A stretch of 64,000 bases of DNA from positions 1,920,001 to 1,984,000 of the forward strand of contig OY970192.1 in NCBI GenBank assembly GCA_963708135.1, read 5' to 3'. Source of the stretch: an uncultured Gemmatimonadales bacterium (GTDB lineage: Bacteria > Gemmatimonadota > Gemmatimonadetes > Longimicrobiales > RSA9). Shown here in pieces: positions 1 to 9,367 of this stretch (the first letter of the stretch is position 1; every line of letters begins with the position of its first letter). Below the pieces are notes generated by a model that had not been told where the DNA came from, searched no databases, and saw only the letters and a program-made list of their open reading frames with translations. A program made the position numbers and the translations under genes.

Positions 1-749
1 CGCGCCTCCCCGAGCCGCTCCGTGAGCGAGCGGTCCGCCGCATAGAGGGCCTGGTGCAGCTCGCCCGCGATCCGGGCCAGCTCCTCGGCGTGCTCCAGGC
101 GCCTCGCCTCCTCCTCCAGGCGCGGCTCCTCGCCGAGCTCGATGGCCGCCCGCTCGATCTCCTCGGCCTGGAAGCGCAGAAGATCCACGCGCTGCTCCGC
201 CTCCCGGCGGCGGGCCTCCAGCTCCTCGAGCGCCGCCCGCGCAGCCCTCGCCCGCGCGTGGGCGTCGCGCACCGTGACCGCCTCTGCCTCGGCCCCTCCG
301 AACGCGTCCAGGATGGCCCGCTGCGCGTCCGGGGCGAGGAGAGTCTGGCTCTCGTGCTGGCCGTGAAGGTCGATCAGGAGGCGGCCCAGCGTGCCGAGGA
401 AGGCCGCGGTCGTGGCGGAGCCGTTCACCCAGGCCCGGTTCCGCCCCTCGACCGCCACTTCCCGCCGCAGGATCAGGAGCCCGTCGTCCGCCTCGATCCC
501 CTGCTCCGCGAGGCGCGCCTCGAGCTCCGGCCGCGCCGCGGCGTCGAACACGCCCTCGACCACGGCCCGGTCCGCGCCGCTGCGCACCACGTCGCTCGTG
601 GCCCGTTCACCGAGCAGCAGGGAGAGGGCACCCACGATGATCGACTTCCCCGCCCCGGTCTCTCCGGTCAGCACGTTCAGTCCCGGATCGAGGCGCACCG
701 CAAGGCGCTCGATGACCGCGTAGTTCTGGATCCGGAGCTCGATCAGCAT
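1..749 (-). CDS. recN: DNA repair protein RecN (3' part runs off window)
   Basis: Manual translation MLIELRIQNYAVIERLAVRLDPGLNVLTGETGAGKSIIVGAL (Walker A); follows nadK as usual. Confidence 0.95.
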   Translation of the reverse strand, partial: MLIELRIQNYAVIERLAVRLDPGLNVLTGETGAGKSIIVGALSLLLGERATSDVVRSGADRAVVEGVFDAAARPELEARLAEQGIEADDGLLILRREVAVEGRNRAWVNGSATTAAFLGTLGRLLIDLHGQHESQTLLAPDAQRAILDAFGGAEAEAVTVRDAHARARAARAALEELEARRREAEQRVDLLRFQAEEIERAAIELGEEPRLEEEARRLEHAEELARIAGELHQALYAADRSLTERLGEA

Positions 750-754
750 GGCCA

Positions 755-793
755 ACTATACCCGTGCCGTACAGGGCGGTTCAATAGGAGTTC
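755..793 (-). promoter_or_regulatory. recN sigma70-like promoter (TTGAAC-18-TATAGT) overlapped by GTTC-N7-GTTC direct repeat (candidate LexA box)
   Basis: -10 at 755-760, -35 at 779-784; GTTC 779-782 and 790-793. Confidence 0.6.
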
Positions 794-845
794 AAGACTG
801 GCGACTCGGGATTCGGGGCAGGCGATCCGGGGCCGGCAGCTCGGA

Positions 846-1784
846 TCAATGGCTCGACAGCGGGGTCTCCGGCGCGGCCGCCAATGCGCCGGCGGCGGCG
901 CCGCGCGCGCCCTGGTCGACCGCCCAGTGGAGCTTTCGGCGCAGCGTGCTGAAGAAGCTCTGGCCGGGAAAGCGGACCAGCCGAACCGGCGACTCGCCTC
1001 GCCGCACCACCAGCCGGTCGCCCGGCTGCAGCGCCGCGCCCTGCTGCCCGTCCACCGTGAGCACCAGCTCCTCCGTGGGCGAGGTCGGCTCGACGGTCAC
1101 GGTCACGTCGGCCGGGAAGATCAGCGGCCGCACCGCCAGGGTGTGCGGGCAGATCGGCGTCGCCAGTATGCATTCCACCCTCGGCACCACGATCGCGCCG
1201 CCCGCGGAGAGCGAGTAGGCGGTGGAGCCGGTCGGGGTGGACAGGATGATGCCGTCGGCGCTGTAGGCGCCCACCTCCTCGCCGTCCGGTCCGACGCGGA
1301 GCGCCAGCCGGACCGTGCGGGCGAAGCCGCCCTTGTGCAGCACCGCATCGTTGAGCGCCACGAAGGAGGTGTGCCGCGCCCCACCGCGACCCTCGACCTG
1401 CGCGTCCAGCGTCATCCGCATGTCGAGCCAGTACTCGCCGGCCAGCAGGCGCGTCAGCGCCGCCTCCAGCTCCGGCGGCGCGATGGATGTGAGGAAGCCG
1501 AGGTAGCCCAGGTTCACCCCGAGCACGGGCGTGTCGTGGGCGACGACGGCGCGCGCTCCGCGCAGCAGCGTGCCGTCCCCGCCGAGCGTCAGCAGCAGGT
1601 CGACCTCGCCCGGCCGCAGCTCCGCATGCCCGGGAAGCACCCTCTCGAGGCCGGCCTCGACGCGCAGCTCCAGCTCGTGCGCCTCCGCGAACCGGGCCAG
1701 GTCGCGCAGCGTCTGCTCCAGCCCGCCGTAGCGCGTCTGGCCGAGCACTCCGATCCGACGGAAGGGAGAGCGGTTCGCCGCCAT
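846..1784 (-). CDS. nadK: NAD kinase
   Basis: LGGDGT, GVNLGYLGFL, ALNDAV, DGIILSTPTGSTAYSLSAGG motifs; TGATG coupling to dxs. Confidence 0.95.
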   Translation of the reverse strand: MAANRSPFRRIGVLGQTRYGGLEQTLRDLARFAEAHELELRVEAGLERVLPGHAELRPGEVDLLLTLGGDGTLLRGARAVVAHDTPVLGVNLGYLGFLTSIAPPELEAALTRLLAGEYWLDMRMTLDAQVEGRGGARHTSFVALNDAVLHKGGFARTVRLALRVGPDGEEVGAYSADGIILSTPTGSTAYSLSAGGAIVVPRVECILATPICPHTLAVRPLIFPADVTVTVEPTSPTEELVLTVDGQQGAALQPGDRLVVRRGESPVRLVRFPGQSFFSTLRRKLHWAVDQGARGAAAGALAAAPETPLSSH

Positions 1785-3703
1785 CAGGCCGTCTCTTTGA
1801 TGCGCTGCCCGGGCGCGCGGTCGAGCAGCGCGCGCGCCCGCGCGGCTATGCCCTCGGGCGTGAGGCCGACCTGCTCCAGCTGCTCGGCCCGGCTGGCGTG
1901 CTCCACGATCCGGTCCGGAACACCCATCACGTCCATGACCAGCTCCGGCCGCTCGGCCCGCTCGGAGGCCGTCACCGCCGCGAGCATGGCCCCGAAGCCG
2001 TTGACCACCGTCCCCTCCTCGATCGTCAGGAGCGCGGTGTGGCGCTCGATCACGCGGGCCAGCGTCTGCTCGTCGAGCGGCTTCAGGAACCGGCAGTTGA
2101 CCACCGTGGCCTCGATCCCCGCGGCCTGGAGCTGCTGCGCGGCCTCGAGCGCCGGCAACACCATCGTGCCCACCGCCAGCAGCGCGAGGTCCCGCCCCTG
2201 CCGGAGCACCTCCCACGTGCCGTACTCGACGGCGGGGATCTCTTCCAGCGGCGGGACCGCGGCCGGAACCGCGTCGCGCGGGTAGCGCAGCGAGAACGGC
2301 CCGTCTCCGCGCTCCACCCCGAGCCGGAGCAGCGCCAGCATCTCGGCGCCATCCTTTGGCGCCGTCACCGTGACGTTCGGCACCGCGAGCAGGTAGGCAA
2401 TGTCGTAGAGGCCCATGTGCGTGGGCCCATCGTTGCCCACCAGCCCGGCACGGTCCATCGCGAAGACCACCGGCAGGCGCTGGATGGCCACGTCGTGGAT
2501 GATCGAGTCGTAGGCCCGCTGCAGAAAGGTCGAGTAGATCGCGGCGACGGGGCGGATCCCCTCCGTCGCGAGCCCGGCCGCGAACGTCACCGCGTGGCCT
2601 TCCGCGATTCCGACGTCGAAGAACCGCGCGGGGTAGGCGTCGCCGAAGGCGCCCGTCCCGGTGCCGCCCGGCATCGCGGCCGTGATGACGGCCAGGTCCC
2701 CGCACCGCTCACCCAGCTCCACCAGGCCACGGCCGAACACGCTCGTGTAGGAGGGCGGCGCGGATTTCTTCTTGGTCATCTCGCCGCTGATCTTGTCGAA
2801 CGGCGTGGCGCCGTGCCACACCACCGGGTTCGCCTCCGCCATCTGGAAGCCTTTCCCCTTCCGCGTCAGCACGTGGATGAGGCGGGGCCCCTTCCAGCCC
2901 TTCACCTTCTCCAGCGTGGAGAGCAGCGCGTCCAGGTCGTGGCCGTCCACCGGCCCGACGTAGCGGAAGCCGAGCTCCTCGAAGAGCGTGCCGGGAACCA
3001 GCAGGTTCTTGATGCTCTCCTCCAGCTTCATGATCCCCGACTCCATCGCGCCCGAGATCCCCGTCGGTCGCCGGTGCAGCAGGTGCTTCACCTCCTCGCG
3101 CATCCGGTTGTACAGCGGATTCGTCACCGCCCGCGTCAGGTAGCGGTGCATCGCGCCGACGTTGCGCGCGATCGACATCTCGTTGTCGTTCAGCACGACG
3201 ATGAGGTCCGTGTCCGTGTTGCCGGCGTTGTTCAGGGCCTCGTAGGCGATCCCGGACGTGAGCGCCCCGTCCCCGATGACCGCCACGACGTCGAAGTCGT
3301 CGTGGCGGAGGTCGCGCGCCGTCGCCATGCCGAGCGCCGCCGAGATCGAGGTGGCCGCGTGGCCCGCGCCGAACGGGTCGTACTCCGACTCGCGGCGGCT
3401 CAGGAACCCCGAGGGGCCGCCCTTCTGCCGGATGCGCGCGAACGCCTCGTTGCGGCCGGTCAGGATCTTGTGCGGATAGCCCTGGTGCCCGACGTCCCAC
3501 ACCAGCTTGTCGCGCGGCGTGTCGAAGACGTAGTGCAGCGCGATGGTGAGCTCCACCACCCCCAGGCCCGGGGCGAAGTGGCCGCCGACCCTGCTGACCA
3601 CGTCCACCATCCGGTCCCGCACCTCCTCGGCGAGCTGCGGCAGCCGGTCCCGCGGGATACGGCGCAGGTCCGCGGGCGAAGCGAGCTGCTCCAGTAGCGA
3701 CAA
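1784..3703 (-). CDS. dxs: 1-deoxy-D-xylulose-5-phosphate synthase
   Basis: WDVGHQ, GDGALT..NDN TPP motif, DRAGLVG; TTG start after GAGGAG. Confidence 0.95.
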   Translation of the reverse strand: MSLLEQLASPADLRRIPRDRLPQLAEEVRDRMVDVVSRVGGHFAPGLGVVELTIALHYVFDTPRDKLVWDVGHQGYPHKILTGRNEAFARIRQKGGPSGFLSRRESEYDPFGAGHAATSISAALGMATARDLRHDDFDVVAVIGDGALTSGIAYEALNNAGNTDTDLIVVLNDNEMSIARNVGAMHRYLTRAVTNPLYNRMREEVKHLLHRRPTGISGAMESGIMKLEESIKNLLVPGTLFEELGFRYVGPVDGHDLDALLSTLEKVKGWKGPRLIHVLTRKGKGFQMAEANPVVWHGATPFDKISGEMTKKKSAPPSYTSVFGRGLVELGERCGDLAVITAAMPGGTGTGAFGDAYPARFFDVGIAEGHAVTFAAGLATEGIRPVAAIYSTFLQRAYDSIIHDVAIQRLPVVFAMDRAGLVGNDGPTHMGLYDIAYLLAVPNVTVTAPKDGAEMLALLRLGVERGDGPFSLRYPRDAVPAAVPPLEEIPAVEYGTWEVLRQGRDLALLAVGTMVLPALEAAQQLQAAGIEATVVNCRFLKPLDEQTLARVIERHTALLTIEEGTVVNGFGAMLAAVTASERAERPELVMDVMGVPDRIVEHASRAEQLEQVGLTPEGIAARARALLDRAPGQRIKETA

Positions 3704-3732
3704 GGCGTTCCTCCTCAGCGTTCCCTTCGAGT

Positions 3733-4638
3733 TCAACGCGACCGCCGCGCGGCGTAGCGCGCGAGCGCCTCGAGACGCACGTCCCCGACACCCGCTTGCC
3801 GGAGCGCGGCGACGGCGCGCTCGGCTTCCGCTTCGGCTCGGCGCCGCGCCCCTTCGATCCCGAGCAGCGCCGGAAAGGTGGCCTTCCCGAGCGCCTCGTC
3901 CCGGCCGGCGGCCTTGCCCAGCTCCGTCGGGCTTCCCGTCACGTCCAGGACGTCGTCGGCAACCTGAAAGGCGAGGCCGAGCGCGTGGCCGTACGCCGCC
4001 AGAGCTTCCACCACCTCCGCCGGTGCCCCCGCCGCCATGCCGCCGATGCGGGCAGAAACGGCAAGGAGCGCGCCCGTCTTGGCGCGATGAATGGCCTCGA
4101 GCTGCCCGAGCGCCACCCCCTCCCCCCGCCCCTCCGCGGCCAGGTCCAGCAGCTGCCCGCCGACCATGCCCTTCGCCCCGGCCGCGCCGCACAGCACAAC
4201 CACCAGCGTCACTCGGTCAACCTCGCCCAATCCCAGCACCCGCCCACCCAGCAGCACGGCCCGCACCGCCAGCGGGATCATCGCGGCGCCCGCGAGCACC
4301 GCGCGCCGCTCGTCGTAGCGTCGGTGCGCCGTCGCCCGGCCCCGCCGCAGATCGTCATCGTCCATGCACGGCAGGTCGTCGTGCACGAGCGAGTACGTGT
4401 GGATCAGTTCGAGCGATGCGGCGAGCTCGTAGACCGCCGCTCCGCCGCGCCCCCCGGCCGCGTGGTACGACGTCGCGCACAGGATGGGGCGCAGCCTCTT
4501 GCCCCCAGCATCCAGCGCGTAGCGGATCGGTGCCGCCACGGCCTCGGGCGCGGCAAGCAGCATCCCATCCACGACGCGGCCGAGCGCCGCATTCACCGCG
4601 GTCCGCTCGGCCTCCAGGAACGATTCGAAATCACTCAA
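3733..4638 (-). CDS. ispA: Farnesyl/geranylgeranyl diphosphate synthase
   Basis: GGKRLRP, HDDLPCMDDDDLRRG, FQVADDVLD; TTG start inferred. Confidence 0.93.
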   Translation of the reverse strand: MSDFESFLEAERTAVNAALGRVVDGMLLAAPEAVAAPIRYALDAGGKRLRPILCATSYHAAGGRGGAAVYELAASLELIHTYSLVHDDLPCMDDDDLRRGRATAHRRYDERRAVLAGAAMIPLAVRAVLLGGRVLGLGEVDRVTLVVVLCGAAGAKGMVGGQLLDLAAEGRGEGVALGQLEAIHRAKTGALLAVSARIGGMAAGAPAEVVEALAAYGHALGLAFQVADDVLDVTGSPTELGKAAGRDEALGKATFPALLGIEGARRRAEAEAERAVAALRQAGVGDVRLEALARYAARRSR

Positions 4639-4642
4639 GGCG

Positions 4643-4891
4643 CTACGGCGTCTCGGCCTCGCCCGCCCGCGGCATTGGCTCCACCACCACCTCGCCGCTC
4701 GCCTCCTCCAGCAGCCGCTCGATCCGCAGCTCGCTGTCCCGCAGCAGCTTCTCCGCCGCCCGCAGATGGGTGATCCCTTCCTCGAAGAGCTCGAGCGCAT
4801 CCTCGAGCTCCACGTCCTCGCGCTCGAGCCGGACCACGATCGCGTCCAGCCGTGCCAGCCGCTCCTCCAGGCGGGGAACCTCCTCAGGCAT
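4643..4891 (-). CDS. xseB: Exodeoxyribonuclease VII small subunit
   Basis: MPEEVPRLEERLARLDAIVVRLE..LEDALELFEEG; between xseA and ispA. Confidence 0.9.
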   Translation of the reverse strand: MPEEVPRLEERLARLDAIVVRLEREDVELEDALELFEEGITHLRAAEKLLRDSELRIERLLEEASGEVVVEPMPRAGEAETP

Positions 4892-6119
4892 TCCCTTCCT
4901 CCTTGCCGTCCGCCTCGACCTCATCCACCGTGCAGCCGACGGACCCGTCGACGACCCGCAGCCGCAGCCGCTCGCCCGCCGTGAACTCGGCCGCGCCCCG
5001 CAGCACCCGGCCGTCCGCCGCCAGCGGCACCGCGTACCCGCGGCGCAGCGTCGCCAGCGGCGAGAGCGCCTCCAGCCGGCCCGCGGCGAGGCCGAGCCGG
5101 GCGCGGCGCAGCCGCACGGCCTCGCCGGTCGAGGAGCGCAGCGCCTCGGCCAGTCCCTCGAGCGTGGCCCGGCGCGCGGCCGCGCGCCGCACCGTACCCT
5201 GCTCGAGGCGCGAGCGCAGCTGCTCGAGGCGGCCCAGCAGATCGCGCCCGTCCGGCACGGCCCGCTCCGCCGCGGCCGAGGGGGTGGGCGCCCGCGCGTC
5301 CGCCACCAGGTCCGCGATCGTCGTGTCCGTCTCGTGGCCCACCGCGCTGATGACAGGGATCGGGCACGCCGCGATCGCGCGCGCCACGACCTCCTGGTTG
5401 AAGCCCCAGAGGTCCTCGATCGAGCCGCCACCCCGCCCCACGATGAGCACGTCGACGCAGGCCGCGCGGGCGAAGAGCCCGATCGCGCGGGCCACATCGT
5501 CGCCGGCGCCGTCGCCCTGCACCCGCGCCGGGCAGAACACCACGCGCGTCCACGGCGCGCGGCGCTCGATCACGTGCAGGATGTCGTGCAGCGCCGCGCC
5601 AACCGGGGAGGTGATCACACCCACCGCCCGCGGGTGGCGCGGCAGGGCGCGCTTGCGCTCGGCCGCCAGCAGGCCCTCGGCGGCGAGCTTCGCCTTCAGC
5701 CGCTCGAAGGCGAGGCGCCACAGCCCACCCTCCCGCAACCCATCGAGGGCCCGCACCACGAGCTGGAAGTCGCCGCGCCGCTCGTAGAGCGTGACCGAGC
5801 CGAGGGCCCGCACCTCCATACCATCCTCGGGGTCGGCGGGGAGCCGCTGCGCATCGCTCCGCCACATGACGCAGCGCAGCTGTGCCCGCGAGTCCTTGAG
5901 GGAGAAGTAGCAGTGCCCGGAGGTGTGTCGCTTCCAGCCGCTCACCTCGCCGCTGACGAGCACCGGCGGAAGCGTGCTCTCCAGCAGCTCGCGCGCGAAG
6001 GCGTTCAGCGCGGAGACGGTCAGCGTCCGCGGCTCGCCGCCCGGCGCGCGGCCCCAGCCGTCCCGCGGCTCCGGGCCCGCCGGCAGCGGTCCCGGCGGAT
6101 CGAAGAGGTCGAGCGTCAA
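4884..6119 (-). CDS. xseA: Exodeoxyribonuclease VII large subunit
   Basis: GEVS..SGHCYFSLKD, RGGGSIEDLW, AVGHETD. Confidence 0.95.
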   Translation of the reverse strand: MTLDLFDPPGPLPAGPEPRDGWGRAPGGEPRTLTVSALNAFARELLESTLPPVLVSGEVSGWKRHTSGHCYFSLKDSRAQLRCVMWRSDAQRLPADPEDGMEVRALGSVTLYERRGDFQLVVRALDGLREGGLWRLAFERLKAKLAAEGLLAAERKRALPRHPRAVGVITSPVGAALHDILHVIERRAPWTRVVFCPARVQGDGAGDDVARAIGLFARAACVDVLIVGRGGGSIEDLWGFNQEVVARAIAACPIPVISAVGHETDTTIADLVADARAPTPSAAAERAVPDGRDLLGRLEQLRSRLEQGTVRRAAARRATLEGLAEALRSSTGEAVRLRRARLGLAAGRLEALSPLATLRRGYAVPLAADGRVLRGAAEFTAGERLRLRVVDGSVGCTVDEVEADGKEEGNA

Positions 6120-7033
6120 ACGGCCATCCCCTCCGCCCGCTCCGCCCCCGCCGCGTGCTGGTTCCGGGCCGCCTGGAGCGTATTGCGGAGCAGCATCGTA
6201 ATGGTCATCGGACCCACGCCTCCAGGCACTGGCGAGATCGCCTCGGCCACCTCGGATACGCCCGCGAAGTCCACGTCGCCGACGAGGCGATAGCCGCGCT
6301 CCCGGCTCGGGTCCTCGACCCGGTTGGTGCCCACGTCGATGACGACGACGCCCGGCCGGACCATGTTCCGCGTGATCAGCTCGGGACGCCCCGCAGCCGC
6401 GATCAGGATGTCCGCCTGCCGCGTGATCGAGCCGAGGTCCGGCGTGCGGCTGTGCGCCACCGTCACGGTCGCGTTGCCGCCGCGGCAGTTGCGCAGGAGC
6501 AGCAGCGCCACCGGTCGGCCCACGATGTTCGAGCGCCCGACGACGACGACGTGCTTCCCCGCCGGATCGTAGCCGTTGCGCAGCAGCATCTCGATGACGC
6601 CGGCGGGCGTGGCGGGCGGCAGCACGTCCAGGTCGCCTGTCGCAAGACGGCCGACATTGGCCGGATGGAAGCCGTCAACGTCCTTCTCCGGCGCGATCCC
6701 CTCGATCACGGCGCGCGCCTCGATCTGCGCCGGCAGCGGCAGCTGCACCAGGATCCCGTGGATCTCCGGGTCGGCGTTCAGCCCGTCCACCACCCCCAGC
6801 AGCTCGGCCTCCGGCGTGCTTTCCGGGAGCACGATCTCGCGCGAGAGGAAGCCGGCCTCCCGGCACGCCTTCCCCTTCATCCGCACGTAGATCTGGCTCG
6901 CGGGATCCTCCCCCACGAGCACCACCGCGAGCCCCGGCTGCACACCGGTCTCCGCCCGAAACCCCGCCGCCTCCTCCGCGATCTCCGGCCGCATCGCGGC
7001 CGCGAGCTCGGTCCCACTGATGATCTTCGCCAT
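6116..7033 (-). CDS. folD: Methylenetetrahydrofolate dehydrogenase/cyclohydrolase
   Basis: KDVDGFHP, GRSNIVGRP, PVPGGVGPMT. Confidence 0.96.
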   Translation of the reverse strand: MAKIISGTELAAAMRPEIAEEAAGFRAETGVQPGLAVVLVGEDPASQIYVRMKGKACREAGFLSREIVLPESTPEAELLGVVDGLNADPEIHGILVQLPLPAQIEARAVIEGIAPEKDVDGFHPANVGRLATGDLDVLPPATPAGVIEMLLRNGYDPAGKHVVVVGRSNIVGRPVALLLLRNCRGGNATVTVAHSRTPDLGSITRQADILIAAAGRPELITRNMVRPGVVVIDVGTNRVEDPSRERGYRLVGDVDFAGVSEVAEAISPVPGGVGPMTITMLLRNTLQAARNQHAAGAERAEGMAV

Positions 7034-7055
7034 GCTCCCCTTCCGTGGCGCCCGT

Positions 7056-8618
7056 CTAGCGCGCGAAATCCACCGCGCGCGTCTCGCGGATCACCACGAC
7101 CTTGATCTGTCCGGGATACTGGAGCTCCTCCTCCAGCCGCCGGGCGATCTGCTCGCTCAGCTCCGCCATCCCGGTATCGTTCACGTTCTCCGGATTCACC
7201 ATTACCCGCACCTCCCGCCCGGCCTGGATCGCGAAGCAGCGCTCCACCCCCGAGAATCCCTGCGCGATCGACTCCAGCTTCTCCAGCCGCTTCACGTACG
7301 TCTCGAACATCTCCCGCCGCGCGCCCGGCCGCGAGCCGCTGATCGCGTCCGCCGCCGTCACCAGGAACGTCTCCGGGTAGCGGTGCGGCTCCTCGTCGTG
7401 GTGCGCCCGGATCGCGTTCAGCACCACGTCCGGCTCGTTGTATTTCTTGCACAGCTCCCAGCCAAGCTCGACGTGCGTGCCCTCGTGCTCGTGCGTGAGC
7501 CCCTTCCCCACGTCGTGCAGCAGCCCCGCGCGCTTCGCCATCGTCGCATCCAGCCCCATCTCCGCCGCCATGTTGCCGGCCAGCGTCGCGACCTCGCGCG
7601 CGTGCAGCAGCTGGTTCTGCCCGTAGGAGGTCCGGTACTTCAGCCGGCCCAGCACCCGGACGATCTCCGGGTGCACCCCGTGCACCCCCAGGTCGTACAG
7701 GATCGACTCCGCCGACTGCACCATCGTCTCCTCCACCTCCTTGCCGCTCTTCTCCACGACCTCCTCGATCCGGCCCGGGTGGATCCGGCCGTCCGCCACG
7801 AGCTTCTCCAGTGCCAGGCGCGCCGTCTCACGCCGCACGGGATCGAACGCGGACAGGATCACCGCCTCTGGAGTGTCGTCGATGATCACGTCCACCCCCG
7901 TTGCCTGCTCGAACGCCCGGATGTTGCGGCCCTCCCGCCCGATGATCCGCCCCTTCATCTCGTCCGAGGGCAGGCTCACCACCGACACCGTGGTCTCCGC
8001 CGTGTGGTCCGCCGCGATCCGCTGGATCGCCAGCGAGATGATGTTCTTGGCCTCCCGCTCCGCCTCCCGGCGCGCGTTCTCCTTGATCTCGCGGATCGTA
8101 TTGGCCGCCTCCGCCCGCGCCTGGTCCTCCAGGTCGCGCACCAGCTGCCGGCGCGCCTCCTCCGCCGTCATCCCCGCCAGCGCCTCCAGCCGCGCCCGCG
8201 CCGTAGCCACCAGCCCGTCATATTCCTCGGAGCGCTTCTCCACCTGCGCCGCCCGCTGGCCGAGCGCCTTCTCCCGCCCTTCCAGCTCGTGCTCCTTCTC
8301 GTCCAGGATGTCGTACTTCCGATCCAGCGCCGTGCGCCGCTCGTCCAGCCGCCGCTCCGCGCGCTCGATCTCCTCGCGCCGCCGCGCCTCCTCCCGCTCC
8401 CACTCCTCCCGCGCCCTGTAGGCCTCCTCCCGCCCGGCGAGCTCCGCCGCCTTGCGCAGCCGGTCCGCATCCTCCTCCGCCGCCCGCCGGATGCGGGCGG
8501 ACTCCGCTTCCGCTCCCTTGCGCGCTCGCGCGACCCGGATGCGCTCGGCAAAGAAGCCGATCGCGCCGCCCAGGACGACCGCGAGCACGGTCGCTCCGAT
8601 CAGCAGGGGTGTCTCCAT
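7056..8618 (-). CDS. rny: Ribonuclease Y
   Basis: N-terminal TM, coiled coil, KH (MKGRIIGREGRNIR), HD (LLHDVGK). Confidence 0.97.
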   Translation of the reverse strand: METPLLIGATVLAVVLGGAIGFFAERIRVARARKGAEAESARIRRAAEEDADRLRKAAELAGREEAYRAREEWEREEARRREEIERAERRLDERRTALDRKYDILDEKEHELEGREKALGQRAAQVEKRSEEYDGLVATARARLEALAGMTAEEARRQLVRDLEDQARAEAANTIREIKENARREAEREAKNIISLAIQRIAADHTAETTVSVVSLPSDEMKGRIIGREGRNIRAFEQATGVDVIIDDTPEAVILSAFDPVRRETARLALEKLVADGRIHPGRIEEVVEKSGKEVEETMVQSAESILYDLGVHGVHPEIVRVLGRLKYRTSYGQNQLLHAREVATLAGNMAAEMGLDATMAKRAGLLHDVGKGLTHEHEGTHVELGWELCKKYNEPDVVLNAIRAHHDEEPHRYPETFLVTAADAISGSRPGARREMFETYVKRLEKLESIAQGFSGVERCFAIQAGREVRVMVNPENVNDTGMAELSEQIARRLEEELQYPGQIKVVVIRETRAVDFAR

Positions 8619-8722
8619 GATCTCTCCAGAAGGGCGCCGTCCGCGCCCGAGGCAGGCAAGCTATTGATCTATAATAGCATAGGCTCGTCGCGCCCATGGC
8701 GCGGACCCATCACCACATGTCG

Positions 8723-8752
8723 ATATTAGCGCGCCGAACGGACCAGACGCAA
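8723..8752 (-). promoter_or_regulatory. Putative rny promoter TTGCGT-18-TAATAT
   Basis: Hexamers read directly; ~100-nt leader follows. Confidence 0.45.
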
Positions 8753-8756
8753 GCGA

Positions 8757-9056
8757 TCACCCGCGCAGGACCGCATCGATCTCCGAGCGCAGCGCGGCGG
8801 CCTGCCGCGCGAGCTCCGCGCGCAGGCTCGCCGTCTCGGCGCGCGCCTGGAAGAGCTGGTCCGTCAGCGAGAGCGCCGCCAGGATGGCAGCCTTGTGGCC
8901 CTCCACCAGCGGCCCCTGCCGCAGAATCTCCGAGAGGGTGCGATCCACGTAGGCGGCGCAGTCCCGCGTGTAGTCCGGCGTGGCATCGGCGCGCAGCTTG
9001 TACTCCTCGCCGGCGATGACGACGGTGACGATCGTCTTGCTTCCCTGCTCGCTCAC
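8757..9056 (-). CDS. zapA: Cell division protein ZapA
   Basis: VTVVIAGEEYKL..CAAYVD..AILAALSLTDQL; pheT-x-zapA-rny synteny; GTG start. Confidence 0.88.
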   Translation of the reverse strand: MSEQGSKTIVTVVIAGEEYKLRADATPDYTRDCAAYVDRTLSEILRQGPLVEGHKAAILAALSLTDQLFQARAETASLRAELARQAAALRSEIDAVLRG

Positions 9057-9367
9057 CGCTCCTCCTCGATGAACTGGATGCGGCCGAAGATGCGGCGCAG
9101 GTGCTCGGCCGCGGCTTCCATCCGGTCGCGGAGCCGGGCGTTCTCGGCCTCGAGCTCGGTGGCGCGCTCGCGAAGCGCGACCGGGTCGAGCGAGCCGGAG
9201 GAGACGCGCTCGAGGGTGGACTCGAGCTGCCGGACGCGCGCCTCCGCGTCGCGGGCACGCCTGCGCCAGCTCTCGTAATCGTCCAGGAGGCGCCGGATCG
9301 AGAGCTCGAGGCGCTCCCACTCGGGCGAGGTGGGCACCGCGGGCCGTTCAGCCACGTCGTTCGACAC
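9053..9367 (-). CDS. Coiled-coil protein, ZapB-like position
   Basis: Heptad-rich 104 aa, overlaps pheT and zapA ends. Confidence 0.65.
   Translation of the reverse strand: MSNDVAERPAVPTSPEWERLELSIRRLLDDYESWRRRARDAEARVRQLESTLERVSSGSLDPVALRERATELEAENARLRDRMEAAAEHLRRIFGRIQFIEEER

Noticed and set aside
54..6293. Long plus-strand ORFs (54-2285, 1898-3697, 3543-6293), and similar ones such as 35733-39167 and 56304-59144
   Set aside because: Antisense shadows of clear minus-strand genes; stop codons are rare at this GC; Arg/Pro/Ala-rich with no motifs
8619..8756. Canonical 6S RNA after zapA
   Set aside because: Spacer is only 138 bp and includes a promoter; too short for a typical 6S. Kept only as a structured leader
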